Below are positions 10,441-19,284 of a stretch of DNA of 53,712 nucleotides, one piece after another (position 1 is the stretch's first letter; every line of letters starts with the position of its first letter). The notes beneath the pieces are model-generated. The model saw only the letters and a program-made list of their open reading frames with translations, ran no database searches and was not told the origin of the DNA. The translations under genes were made by a program, and so were the position numbers. This DNA is from Christensenellales bacterium. Lineage in GTDB: Bacteria > Bacillota > Clostridia > Christensenellales > UBA1750. The DNA lies in assembly GCA_050309705.1 (NCBI GenBank), contig JBNRMR010000022.1, positions 1-53,712 on the forward strand, read 5' to 3'.

Positions 10441-10453
10441 TGTTTCGCTGTGT

Positions 10454-10580
10454 GCTCCCCCAGAGCTCCGAGGGCGCTGCCCTCCGGCTCCCGCTAAAGG
10501 GTAACCCCTTTAGAATCCCACAGCAAAGCGATAAGGGGCGAGGGAGAGTCGCTTGCGGGGTGCGGGGCAGAGCCCCGCAC
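10454..10580. repeat. GC-rich palindromic REP-like element, copy B (composite)
   Basis: Contains gctcccccagag, ggcgctgc and cccgctaaagggt (10490-10502), the hairpin ctaaaggg-taac-ccctttag, and the hairpin gtgcgggg-cagag-ccccgcac (10560-10580). No U-tract on either strand. Confidence 0.5.
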
Positions 10581-10596
10581 AATCTCCCCAGATCAA

Positions 10597-12171
10597 TTAA
10601 AATATGAACTCGTCCATGGGATCGGGGAAGGCGCCTATTTCCACTTCCTTGTAGGCATAGCCATCCCTGCCCAACATGGCATAGGCGGCGTTCTTTCCCT
10701 CTTCAACACCCGGTTGGTTAAAGGCGTCAATGTCCAGAAACTCTCCGCAGTAGGCAGTCATCATTTCCAGCAGATACATAAGCTGCCCCATCGTAAACTC
10801 GTTCACTTCCTTAAGATAAATCGTATAGCTGGGCTTGCCCGCCTTCAGCAGTGCATATCTGGTCGCCCTCAGCTCCGCATCGATCAGCTCGTTAAGCGTA
10901 TGTCCGGAAAGGAAGCTCACATCCGGGAATCTTTCGCAACCGCCGGGGATCTCCGCCTTGGCCCTGTAGTTTTCCACTGCCAGGAAGGTCACCAGCTTGT
11001 CGTTGGGGCCTTCGGTGTAAAGCTGCACTTGGCTGTGCTGGTCGGTCACTCCCAGCGCCTTGACGGGCGTCTGACCCACTGCGCAGCTCTTGCCGCTTCT
11101 GAGCAGGTTTTTCCCCAGGGACTCCGCCCAAAGTTGGGCATACCAGTCCGCCATATATTTAAGGCTGTCGGCATAGGGCATCATCACCGATATGTTCATG
11201 CCCTTTTTCATAGAAAGGAACATCATCAGCGCGGCAAAGAGGGCCGGGTTTTCATTCATATTATCAGACATGCAAAGGCCGTCCATATAGGCCGCTCCCG
11301 CCAGCATCTCCTCGATATCCACCCCGCAGACCGCCGCTGCCAGAAGCCCCACCGGGCTGAGCTGCGAGAACCTGCCGCCAACGCCGTCGGGCACCACCAG
11401 CCTGTCGATGCCCTCTGATTTTGCTATTGAAAGCAGATTGCCCTTGTTTGCATCAGTGGTTATCACGATGTTTTTAACGTAATCCTTGCCCATCTTCTTT
11501 TGCAGCAGATCGGAAATGATCAGGTATTGACTCATGGTCTCCGACGTGTTGCCCGATTTTGATATCACGTTGAAGCAGGTTTTGGTGATGTCGATAATGT
11601 CCAGCAGCGAGGTCATGCGCTCCGGGTCCACATTGTCCTCCACATAAAGACGTGGACCTCCGCGGACTTCCTTGGGCAGCTCGTTATAGCGCAGGTGGTT
11701 TATCGCCTGCTGAACGGCCATTGGGCCCAAGGCCGAGCCGCCAATGCCCAGAACGACGAAGTTATCGAAATCCCGCCGGATTCTCTGCGCCATTTTTAAT
11801 ATTTCTGAAACTTCCTTGCTCTGGTTAAATGGCAGCAGCGACCAGGCCATCATCTTCTCCGGGTTTCCCTTCATGCCAGAAACAGATCCATGCGCCTTTC
11901 GTGCGAGAGCCTCGCAGTTTGTCATCTCTTCATTTAAAATGAAATTCTCTTTTAAAGCCTCACTGTCCGGTGAGCGCAGCTTTCCCACGCTCTCCTCCAT
12001 CATCTTCTGCTGTTCCTCGGGGAAGTCCGCCATCTTTGCCTCCACCTGTGCAGCGATCTTCTGCCTTGCAGCAGCCGCATAATCCCACGCCATGCAGCTA
12101 AAGTCTATCTTCAGCCTCATCCCCTCCTGCCAGAAGGGATCGTTGGATCTTTTTCGCATATCATTTTGCAT
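10597..12171 (-). CDS. pgi: Glucose-6-phosphate isomerase (long N-terminal region, start uncertain)
   Basis: VVLGIGGSALGP, SKSGNTSET and the PGI C-terminal region. An alternative start is MRLKIDFS, 17 codons further in. Confidence 0.85.
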   Translation of the reverse strand: MQNDMRKRSNDPFWQEGMRLKIDFSCMAWDYAAAARQKIAAQVEAKMADFPEEQQKMMEESVGKLRSPDSEALKENFILNEEMTNCEALARKAHGSVSGMKGNPEKMMAWSLLPFNQSKEVSEILKMAQRIRRDFDNFVVLGIGGSALGPMAVQQAINHLRYNELPKEVRGGPRLYVEDNVDPERMTSLLDIIDITKTCFNVISKSGNTSETMSQYLIISDLLQKKMGKDYVKNIVITTDANKGNLLSIAKSEGIDRLVVPDGVGGRFSQLSPVGLLAAAVCGVDIEEMLAGAAYMDGLCMSDNMNENPALFAALMMFLSMKKGMNISVMMPYADSLKYMADWYAQLWAESLGKNLLRSGKSCAVGQTPVKALGVTDQHSQVQLYTEGPNDKLVTFLAVENYRAKAEIPGGCERFPDVSFLSGHTLNELIDAELRATRYALLKAGKPSYTIYLKEVNEFTMGQLMYLLEMMTAYCGEFLDIDAFNQPGVEEGKNAAYAMLGRDGYAYKEVEIGAFPDPMDEFIF

Positions 12172-12356
12172 ATTATTTACACCTTTCCACGTTAAAACTC
12201 CGTCTATTATTGAAACGTCATATGTAATTATACAGAAAAATGGCTAAGTTTGCCATATATTATCAGCAATATTCCATATCTTTCAAGCACTCCTGCCATT
12301 GCCCGAAAGGGATTAAGACTATATAATGATAATATAAACCTCCCAGGAGGAGAAAT

Positions 12357-13463
12357 ATGAACATGAAAGCAAGTGTAAAGCTGAGAAGCTATATATGGCC
12401 GCTATGCCTGACCGCTCTTGCACCCGCAGGCTTTTTGCTGCAAAGGCTCTTTTTCAGTTGGCCTGAATGGGTGGAAACGGTCTACACCGGCAAAATATAC
12501 GCCTTTCTTTCAGGAATCCTGGCGGCCCTAACTGGCTGGATTCCATTTTCACTTGCAGAAATTTTGCTGGTCAGCGCCATCATCTGGGTTCCACTCATGC
12601 TCTGGCGCTTTTATCAGGGCGCGAAGAAAAAGGGCGTTCAACCTGCGGACAGATTTTTGATGACCTTTGCCAGAACGGCCGGCGTAGCCTGCTGCGGATA
12701 CTTTCTCTATCTCGTTCTGTGCGGATTTAACTATGCCCGTCTTCCCTACGCCCAGATCGCCGGCTATGACGTTTCCCCCGCCACCCCGCAGACTTTGCAA
12801 ACCGTCTGCTTCCGCCTGGCCGAAGAAGCAAATGCCCTTCGTGCACAGCTTAAGGACGAATCCCTGGAAAACCACAGGCAGATATCAGCGCGCACACAGC
12901 AAAACTTTGACATGGCCGCCCAGACAGCGCCCTGGCTTTCCGGCAGTTACGGCAGGCCAAAGCCGGTGCTCTTAAGCGAATATTGGGCCCACACACAGAC
13001 TACGGGCATGTTCTTCCCCTTCACGCTGGAGGCAAATTACAACAGGGTCAATTCCCATTTCATGTTCGCGTCCACGATGGCCCACGAAGCCGCCCATCAA
13101 CGGGGCTTCATGCGGGAGGACGAGGCCAACTTCATCGCCTGGTATGTTTGCATGCATTCAGACAGCGCCGCCGACCGCTATTCAGGCACAATGCTGGCGC
13201 TTATCCACGCCGGGAACGCCCTGCACTCCGCCAATCCCCAGCTTTATAGCGAGGTCTTTGGCAGCTACTCCCCCGAAGTGTTAACCGACCTTCGGGATCA
13301 CAATCAGCTTTGGGCGCAATATGAAGGAAAAGTTGCAGAGATTCAGGAGAGGGTGAACGATGCCTATCTTCAGTCCAACAATCAGGAGGATGGCGTGCGC
13401 TCATACGGCCGCATGGTCAATCTTCTTCTCGGCTACTACCGCCAGCAGGGTTTGATCGATTAG
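12357..13463 (+). CDS. DUF3810-family membrane protein with an HExxH metalloprotease-like motif
   Basis: N-terminal TM helices and MAHEAAHQRGFMREDEANF (HExxH...E). RBS AGGAGG 6 nt upstream. Confidence 0.7.
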   Translation: MNMKASVKLRSYIWPLCLTALAPAGFLLQRLFFSWPEWVETVYTGKIYAFLSGILAALTGWIPFSLAEILLVSAIIWVPLMLWRFYQGAKKKGVQPADRFLMTFARTAGVACCGYFLYLVLCGFNYARLPYAQIAGYDVSPATPQTLQTVCFRLAEEANALRAQLKDESLENHRQISARTQQNFDMAAQTAPWLSGSYGRPKPVLLSEYWAHTQTTGMFFPFTLEANYNRVNSHFMFASTMAHEAAHQRGFMREDEANFIAWYVCMHSDSAADRYSGTMLALIHAGNALHSANPQLYSEVFGSYSPEVLTDLRDHNQLWAQYEGKVAEIQERVNDAYLQSNNQEDGVRSYGRMVNLLLGYYRQQGLID

Positions 13464-13893
13464 CTTCCTCACGATCAAAATCCTTCTCACTCACGGTTTC
13501 CACTCCGTTTTCCTCCAGCAGGGCCGCGGCAATCCCCCGGCTCTTTATCTTTTTGCCTGAAAAACTGCCGTCATATATGAAGTTAACGCCGCAGGAGGGG
13601 CTGCTCTCCTTCAGCACCGCCTTTTTTATTCCATGCTTTTTAGCGAGGTCCAGCATCATCCGCCCGCCTTTTTGGAAGGCCTCAGTTTTATCCACCCCGT
13701 TTTCATCCAAGACTCTACCGCAAACGATCTCACATGCGGGCCTGGGTGTGGGCAGCCCCCCCGCCTCCTCCGGGCAAAATGGAATGGCCTTTCCATCGCG
13801 ATAGAGCTTTACGATTCCCTCCACCGCGCTGTCGGAGCCATCATAGCGGCATCTTATACCGCAAAGACAGGCCGAAACTAACAGCTTATCCAT
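13417..13893 (-). CDS. DUF523 (YbbK-like) family protein
   Basis: MDKLLVSACLCGIRCRYDG and SPSCG motifs. GGGAGG lies 7 nt before the ATG at 13893. The 3' end overlaps the convergent DUF3810 gene by 47 nt. Confidence 0.75.
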   Translation of the reverse strand: MDKLLVSACLCGIRCRYDGSDSAVEGIVKLYRDGKAIPFCPEEAGGLPTPRPACEIVCGRVLDENGVDKTEAFQKGGRMMLDLAKKHGIKKAVLKESSPSCGVNFIYDGSFSGKKIKSRGIAAALLEENGVETVSEKDFDREEANRSNPAGGSSREED

Positions 13894-14029
13894 TTTGTCG
13901 CCTCCCATCATGATATCAGAAAATATATCTTGTTCGATATGTCAAAATATATGCCTTCGCATATATTGTTATTGAGACTGTAGCCATTGAGCAGGTCGCA
14001 GGCTCAAAACCACCTTAAGGGGGATAACA

Positions 14030-14695
14030 ATGAGTTACCATAAGTGCGATAAATTTGATGATTTACTCGAATGCCTTTTCCACAGGCTTGCCCATTTTGA
14101 GACTGACTGCGCGCTTTTACAGCGCTCTGTCAACGGCAGAATCATCACCGGCCCCATCACCTACCACGCTTATCTGGACTTTTTGACCATTAAGGCCTTC
14201 CCCAAGCGCGAGGATATTCTCTTCACAAATGCTTCGGGCACTCCCCTTTCATCGGTCAATCCTGGAGACACATTCTATATCTCCGTTCCCGAAACAGATG
14301 AAACATACATTGTTGATCTCGTAGTCTATCTTGACATTTGCCGCTACGGGGACAGCCTCGCTTCCAACAGCGATCTTATGAGCATACTTTACGGCTTCTC
14401 CTGCCCCAAGCCCAGGCCCGAGCTGCCCGACTGCTATTTCGTGTTTGACTCCCTGCGCTTCTACATCAATCCTGCCCCCTGCGGCTGCGGATGCGGATGC
14501 GACGACAGGCGCGGATGCCGCTGCGGATGCGGGCGTGGTTGCGGCTGCGGACGCTTAGGCGGTGACTATGTGATTATAAACGGGATCAAGTTTGGCCGTG
14601 ATTGCATCAGGCCCCGAGGCGTTGTGGCCCCCGAAACCGACGACGGCTCCTTCGAGGTTCCCTGCTGCCGGGATTGGGATTGGCATAAGTGCTAA
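14030..14695 (+). CDS. Orphan cysteine-rich protein with a (Cys-Gly)n block, family not recognised
   Basis: AAGGGGG RBS 6 nt before the ATG. 221 aa with 19 Cys, including PCGCGCGCDDRRGCRCGCGRGCGCGR, and ending in PCCRDWDWHKC. It has its own downstream terminator. Confidence 0.7.
   Translation: MSYHKCDKFDDLLECLFHRLAHFETDCALLQRSVNGRIITGPITYHAYLDFLTIKAFPKREDILFTNASGTPLSSVNPGDTFYISVPETDETYIVDLVVYLDICRYGDSLASNSDLMSILYGFSCPKPRPELPDCYFVFDSLRFYINPAPCGCGCGCDDRRGCRCGCGRGCGCGRLGGDYVIINGIKFGRDCIRPRGVVAPETDDGSFEVPCCRDWDWHKC
14480..14554 (+). repeat. Imperfect TGCGGN hexanucleotide tandem repeat inside the Cys-rich gene
   Basis: tgcggctgcggatgcggatgc ... tgccgctgcggatgcgggcgtggttgcggctgcggacgc, in frame, encoding Cys-Gly/Cys-Arg dipeptides. 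Confidence 0.8.
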
Positions 14696-14759
14696 TAAGC
14701 CCCCTCCAGCCTTTACAGCGCAGCTTTAACTGCCCTGACGGCAAGCGATAACAGCACAA

Positions 14760-14803
14760 GCCCGCCTAAAGCCTGCAAAGCTTTAAGCGGGCTATTTTAT
14801 TTT
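14760..14803 (+). terminator. Rho-independent terminator of the Cys-rich gene
   Basis: gcccgcctaaagc-ctgcaaa-gctttaagcgggc (one mismatch) followed by tattttatttt. Confidence 0.7.
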
Positions 14804-14841
14804 AACAGCTTTTCACATGTCAGACAACCCGGACCGGGGAT

Positions 14842-16164
14842 TTAGATAAACTTGGGCAAATAGTCGCCGTGGGCTGCGATCATCTCGTCCACCATGGAGA
14901 CGATGTCGTCAATTGAAAGCTCTGCCGCGGTGTGGGGGTCCAGCATGGCCGCATGATAGACATGCTCCCGCTTCTTCGTCACCGCCGCCTCGATGGCCAA
15001 CAGATGCACGTTTATGTGGGTCATGTTCATGGCAGCCAACTGCACCGGCAGCCTTCCCACATAGCAGGGGGTAACGCCGTTTGCGTCAACCATGCATGGA
15101 ACTTCAACGCAGGCCTCCGCCGGGAGGTTAGGTATCATCCCGTTGTTGATCACATTCCCGCCAATCTTTATGGCCTTGTTTGTTGTGACAGCCTCCATTA
15201 TCCAGGATGCATATTCGTTGCTGCGGCTGTGATCCAGCTTCGGGTTTGCAATAAGCTCAAGCCTCTGGGTTTCCCACTTTTTAATCTGCTTCACGCAGCG
15301 CCTGGGGTATTCGTCCAGGGGTATGTTGAACCTTTCGATCAACTCCGGATATCTGCTCTTTATGAAGAAGGGGTTATACTCAGCGTTATGCTCGCTGGAC
15401 TCGGTGCAGTAATAGCCCAGATGCTTTATATATTCATAGCGCACCATGTCATTGTGGATTTCAGTCGCGTTCTTCTTTGCCGCCAGCTCTTTGATTCTAG
15501 GGTAAAGATCGTTGCCGTCACTATCCTGGATCTTAAGCAACCAGCCCATGTGGTTTATGCCGGCTACCAGCTCTGTGCGGCCCTCGGCCACATCATTCAT
15601 GCCAAGATCCCTTAAAAGATGCTCGGAGCAGACCTGCACGCTGTGGCAAAGCCCCACTGTCTTAACGCCTGTGTAGCGCTGCATGTAGCCAGTCAAAATA
15701 CTCATGGGATTGGTGTAGTTAAGGAACAAAACCTCCGGACAGACCTCTTCCATGTCCCGCGCAAAGTCCTCCATCACAGGGATGGTCCGAAGACCGCGCA
15801 TTATTCCGCCTATGCCCAAAGTGTCCGCAATGGTCTGCCTGAGGCCGTATTTTTTGGGTATCTCAAAGTCGATGACGGTTGACGGCTCATAGCCTCCCAC
15901 CTGTATGGCATTGACGGCAAAGTCTGCCCCGCGCAGGGCCTCCTTGCGGTTTTCCACGCCCAGATATGTCTTTATCCGCGCCCGGCCGCCGTTTATATTG
16001 CCGTTTATGGCCTCCAGCATCAAGCGGGATTCCTCAAGCCTTTCAGCGTCGATATCATATAGGCATATCTCCGCATCGGAGAATACCTGAGTGCTCATGC
16101 AGTCGCCCAGGACATTCTTCGCAAACACGCTGCTGCCGGCCCCAAGGAATGTAATTTTCGTCAT
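14842..16164 (-). CDS. melA: GH4 alpha-galactosidase (MelA-like)
   Basis: MTKITFLGAGSSVFAKNVLGD (NAD-binding N-terminus of GH4) and a full-length GH4-like sequence. AGGAGG lies 7 nt before the ATG at 16164. Confidence 0.8.
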   Translation of the reverse strand: MTKITFLGAGSSVFAKNVLGDCMSTQVFSDAEICLYDIDAERLEESRLMLEAINGNINGGRARIKTYLGVENRKEALRGADFAVNAIQVGGYEPSTVIDFEIPKKYGLRQTIADTLGIGGIMRGLRTIPVMEDFARDMEEVCPEVLFLNYTNPMSILTGYMQRYTGVKTVGLCHSVQVCSEHLLRDLGMNDVAEGRTELVAGINHMGWLLKIQDSDGNDLYPRIKELAAKKNATEIHNDMVRYEYIKHLGYYCTESSEHNAEYNPFFIKSRYPELIERFNIPLDEYPRRCVKQIKKWETQRLELIANPKLDHSRSNEYASWIMEAVTTNKAIKIGGNVINNGMIPNLPAEACVEVPCMVDANGVTPCYVGRLPVQLAAMNMTHINVHLLAIEAAVTKKREHVYHAAMLDPHTAAELSIDDIVSMVDEMIAAHGDYLPKFI

Positions 16165-16304
16165 AAGGATACCTCCTGTGATTTTTTTATTTAAGATCAC
16201 ATACAGGATACCAGCAAATGGTCTGCCTTAGAATTGCATTATGTCATTATTCCATGTTATTATGTAACCATATATAATTTCAGCTGAGCACTGGAGAGGA
16301 AAGC

Positions 16305-17123
16305 ATGAACAGTCTTTCAATACTAAACAGAAACTTCTGCGACTTAAATCCGCTTCTTTGCGGCTGGGAGCAATGCGCACCCTCCCACAGCTATGGGCCT
16401 GCGGTAAGGGAGTATCACCTTTTCCATTATATAATTTCGGGCGAAGGCTCGTTTTTTCGAAACGGCCAGGAAATACCGCTGCGCCGGGGGCAGATGTTTC
16501 TTATACGCCCGGGGGAGATCACTTTCTACAAGGCAGATTCTGAAAATCCCTGGAGCTATGCATGGATAGGCTTTGACGGGCAGCGTTGCCGCGAGCTCCT
16601 TGATCTTTCGCCCTTCAAAAATGACTGCGCCGTCGCCGACGTCCCCTACCTGGGCAATATCTTTTCAGAGCTTAAAAACAATGGCAATATGTCACCTGGC
16701 GCGGAGCTGCATGTTCTTGGCAAGCTCTATGAAATATTTGCTTTGATGGAGGACAGCGGCTCCTCGGGAGCGGGCGGATATGTGCAAAGGGCAGAGGATT
16801 TCATGCGCGCTAACTACTCAATGCCCGTCAGCATCGGCGACATCGCTGCCATGATCGGAATCGACAGGCGCTATCTCTGCCGCATCTTTTCTGCGCAAAA
16901 AGGCCGTTCACCCAAGGACTTCCTGACCGCCCTCAGACTTGAAAAAGCCGCCGCACTCCTGCAAAGCGGCGCCTCAGTGGCTGGCGCGGCAAAGAATGTG
17001 GGCTACGATGACGCCTTCAACTTCTCAAAGATATTCAAGAAAAAGTATGGCGTTGCGCCGTCACTGTACAAAAACGCGCAGTTAGCTGCCCCTAGTGATC
17101 CGATTATAAAACGCAAAAACTAG
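16305..17123 (+). CDS. AraC-family regulator (cupin sensor plus HTH), divergent from melA
   Basis: AraC-type ligand-binding N-domain and a C-terminal HTH (GYDDAFNFSKIFKKKYGVAPSLY). Confidence 0.85.
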   Translation: MNSLSILNRNFCDLNPLLCGWEQCAPSHSYGPAVREYHLFHYIISGEGSFFRNGQEIPLRRGQMFLIRPGEITFYKADSENPWSYAWIGFDGQRCRELLDLSPFKNDCAVADVPYLGNIFSELKNNGNMSPGAELHVLGKLYEIFALMEDSGSSGAGGYVQRAEDFMRANYSMPVSIGDIAAMIGIDRRYLCRIFSAQKGRSPKDFLTALRLEKAAALLQSGASVAGAAKNVGYDDAFNFSKIFKKKYGVAPSLYKNAQLAAPSDPIIKRKN

Positions 17124-17145
17124 AAGCGGCGCAAGCGCCGCTTCT
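17124..17145. terminator. Bidirectional hairpin between the AraC gene and spoVT
   Basis: gaagcggcg-caag-cgccgcttc, a perfect 9-bp GC-rich stem. Confidence 0.55.
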
Positions 17146-17167
17146 TAAGATACTGTGTAAGCTCCCG

Positions 17168-17722
17168 TTATGATTCCATCTGCCGACTGACAAAGCCCGC
17201 TGCGGTTTCGCAAACCTTAAGCTCCGTATCGCCCATGCTGGCGTTCTCCTCCTTGGACAGGAGAATCACCGCGCCCACGGGATCGCCATCGACAATTATT
17301 GGGGTTATGACCTGAGCGGTATAGACCATGCTTTCATCGGCATCGGCGGTAACCGGGACAAAACCGCCATCCTTTCTGCTGGCAATATGTGTGCGCCTGT
17401 TTTTCATTATGTTTTCCATCTCAGGAGAAACTGCCTTGTCGAACAGCTCCTTTTTGGGGGCGCCTGAAGCGGAGATTATCAGGTCCTTATCGCTGATGCA
17501 GGCCACATGCCCAAGCGCTCTGTAAAGCGACTCGGTATATTCCTTCGCGAAATTGGAAAGCTCCCCAACGGGCGAATATTTTTTTAATATGACCTCGCCG
17601 TCCCTATCGGTGAATATTTCCAGGGGGTCTCCTTCCCGGATTCTAAGCGTCCGCCTGATCTCCTTGGGAATTACCACGCGGCCAAGCTCATCAATACGCC
17701 TTACTATTCCTGTTGCTTTCAT
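17168..17722 (-). CDS. spoVT: Stage V sporulation protein T (AbrB-family regulator)
   Basis: MKATGIVRRIDELGRVVIPKEIRRTLRIREGDPLEIF swapped-hairpin domain plus a GAF-like C-domain. Confidence 0.9.
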   Translation of the reverse strand: MKATGIVRRIDELGRVVIPKEIRRTLRIREGDPLEIFTDRDGEVILKKYSPVGELSNFAKEYTESLYRALGHVACISDKDLIISASGAPKKELFDKAVSPEMENIMKNRRTHIASRKDGGFVPVTADADESMVYTAQVITPIIVDGDPVGAVILLSKEENASMGDTELKVCETAAGFVSRQMES

Positions 17723-17825
17723 AAAAAAGCCTCCTAAACGCTTGTTGTTTTCACTGCTAGTATCAGCTTGCGCGGAGGCTTTTATACATTTATTGAGATT
17801 TTTCTTTTTGCGGAAAATGGCTGTA

Positions 17826-19022
17826 TTAGTTCAGAATATCCTCGAATATTGTAACTTCCGCGTTAGAAGTTATTGCCAGCAAGTAAAAATCATATATGGT
17901 TTGCCTGTTTTTTTCCAGCGCAGATCTTTCAAGAACCTTAAACGCCTCATCCTCAGACGCGGCGTCCTCGGGCTGAATGCTCCTTACTCGCTTCACGATG
18001 TAATAGCCGTCGTTTGCGCCCACCAGCTCGGAGGCAACCTGGCCATCCTCGGTGAGACTAAGGGCGGCGTCCTTGAGCTGCGGGTAAATTTCTTCGTTGT
18101 GTTCGCTTATGCAATAGCCCTTGCCTTGGGGCAGGTTTTCGATATCATAATAGCCGCCGTTGCCAATCTCCCTTTGAACAGACTTAAAATCCTCCCCGGC
18201 AAGCACTCTGGCAAGAACAGATTCCGCATTCTGCTCAATCTGCGAAAGGTATTCTTTGAGCTTCGCCTCATATTTTCCGTCCTGATCTCGCTGAAGCTGG
18301 TTCAACTCCAGCTCCTTTTCGGAGTCCAGGGGAACTAAGATCCATTCATACAGGGAAAATCCCTCCGGGACTGTGGTGAGAAGTATCTCGTTATTCCAAG
18401 CGCTTGGAAAAAAAGCCGGCATCGCTTCCATATCGGCCCTCAGCTCGTAGTCATAGTCCTCGTATTCCAGTCTGATATCCTGTTCGCTTACCTCAATGCC
18501 GGCCGTCACATGGCTTTTGTGCCGATCTTCCATCACATTAAGCTTCAGCCTGTTGGCAATGCCCTCCACAGTCACGCCGTTTTGCGCCATAAACTGGACA
18601 AGCGCCGCTTCGGCCTGCTGATCCGTCATGTCGCCCATATATTCCCTGTATGTCGCCTTCTGGTTTTCATACTCCTGCTCCGCCGCAAGGAGTATCCCCT
18701 CTTCCTCCTCCTGTGTGAACTGGTCCAGACCCATCTCCTCGATCTCCTGGCGAAGCACTGTCTTTTCGATTATGGAGTGGAGGAACTGGGCTCTCAGCTC
18801 TGCGTTAAGGCTCATATTTTCCTCAGCGTCCAGGTCCACATCCTCATTGTAAAGGTAAAATTCCTTGACATTATTATATTGGGCCTCGAATTCACCCAAA
18901 GTGAGCTCAGTGCCGTTGATGGTGGCAACCACAGCGCTGGGGGATTTTTTGTTTATCCCCGAACAGCCCGCAAGAATAAGCGCACACAGCAATATGCATA
19001 ATAATTTAGTAATTTTATTCAT
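17826..19022 (-). CDS. PrsA/SurA-like lipoprotein (parvulin-type PPIase or chaperone)
   Basis: Lipobox LILAGCSG after MNKITKLLCILLC. SurA-N-like helical region and a degenerate parvulin-like segment ending in GYYIVKRV. Confidence 0.6.
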   Translation of the reverse strand: MNKITKLLCILLCALILAGCSGINKKSPSAVVATINGTELTLGEFEAQYNNVKEFYLYNEDVDLDAEENMSLNAELRAQFLHSIIEKTVLRQEIEEMGLDQFTQEEEEGILLAAEQEYENQKATYREYMGDMTDQQAEAALVQFMAQNGVTVEGIANRLKLNVMEDRHKSHVTAGIEVSEQDIRLEYEDYDYELRADMEAMPAFFPSAWNNEILLTTVPEGFSLYEWILVPLDSEKELELNQLQRDQDGKYEAKLKEYLSQIEQNAESVLARVLAGEDFKSVQREIGNGGYYDIENLPQGKGYCISEHNEEIYPQLKDAALSLTEDGQVASELVGANDGYYIVKRVRSIQPEDAASEDEAFKVLERSALEKNRQTIYDFYLLAITSNAEVTIFEDILN

Positions 19023-19220
19023 TTTCCCGCAATTCCTCCACATTTATGGCTAAAAAGATCACGCCATGTTTGTCAGCGGCCTTTCCACAGGGCCCGCCAA
19101 TCCGCAATTTTCGCAAAATGCTAAACATATTATACTCCAAGAAAAAAGCACTTGCAATCTTGCCCGCACACTGATAACGCTTATTCTGTTAATAAATTGT
19201 TAAAACCGCCGCAGTTTTGT

Positions 19221-19234
19221 CGAACATCAGTTTG
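19221..19234 (+). promoter_or_regulatory. LexA (Cheo/SOS) box upstream of uvrB
   Basis: CGAACATCAGTTTG against the Firmicute consensus CGAAC-N4-GTTCG (one mismatch). It overlaps the -35 element. Confidence 0.55.
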
Positions 19235-19261
19235 ACAGCGGATAAACCTGTGTGGTAAAAT
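19232..19261 (+). promoter_or_regulatory. uvrB promoter
   Basis: TTGACA (19232-19237), 18-nt spacer, TGgTAAAAT (TAAAAT at 19256-19261). Confidence 0.5.
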
Positions 19262-19284
19262 TGAGTTCTATCCGGAGGTGTGCT

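Noticed and set aside
13417-13463. A 47-nt convergent overlap of the DUF3810 and DUF523 3' ends as a regulatory antisense arrangement.
   Set aside because: The overlap involves only a poorly conserved-looking C-terminal tail of the DUF523 ORF. It most likely reflects stop-codon drift, and no structure or motif was seen.
14480-14554. A GC-rich short tandem repeat that could be mistaken for a CRISPR or minisatellite locus.
   Set aside because: The period is 6 nt, there are no spacers, and it lies entirely inside a well-supported ORF in frame. The same reasoning applies to the Gly-rich tract in spoIIP (about 29220-29300).
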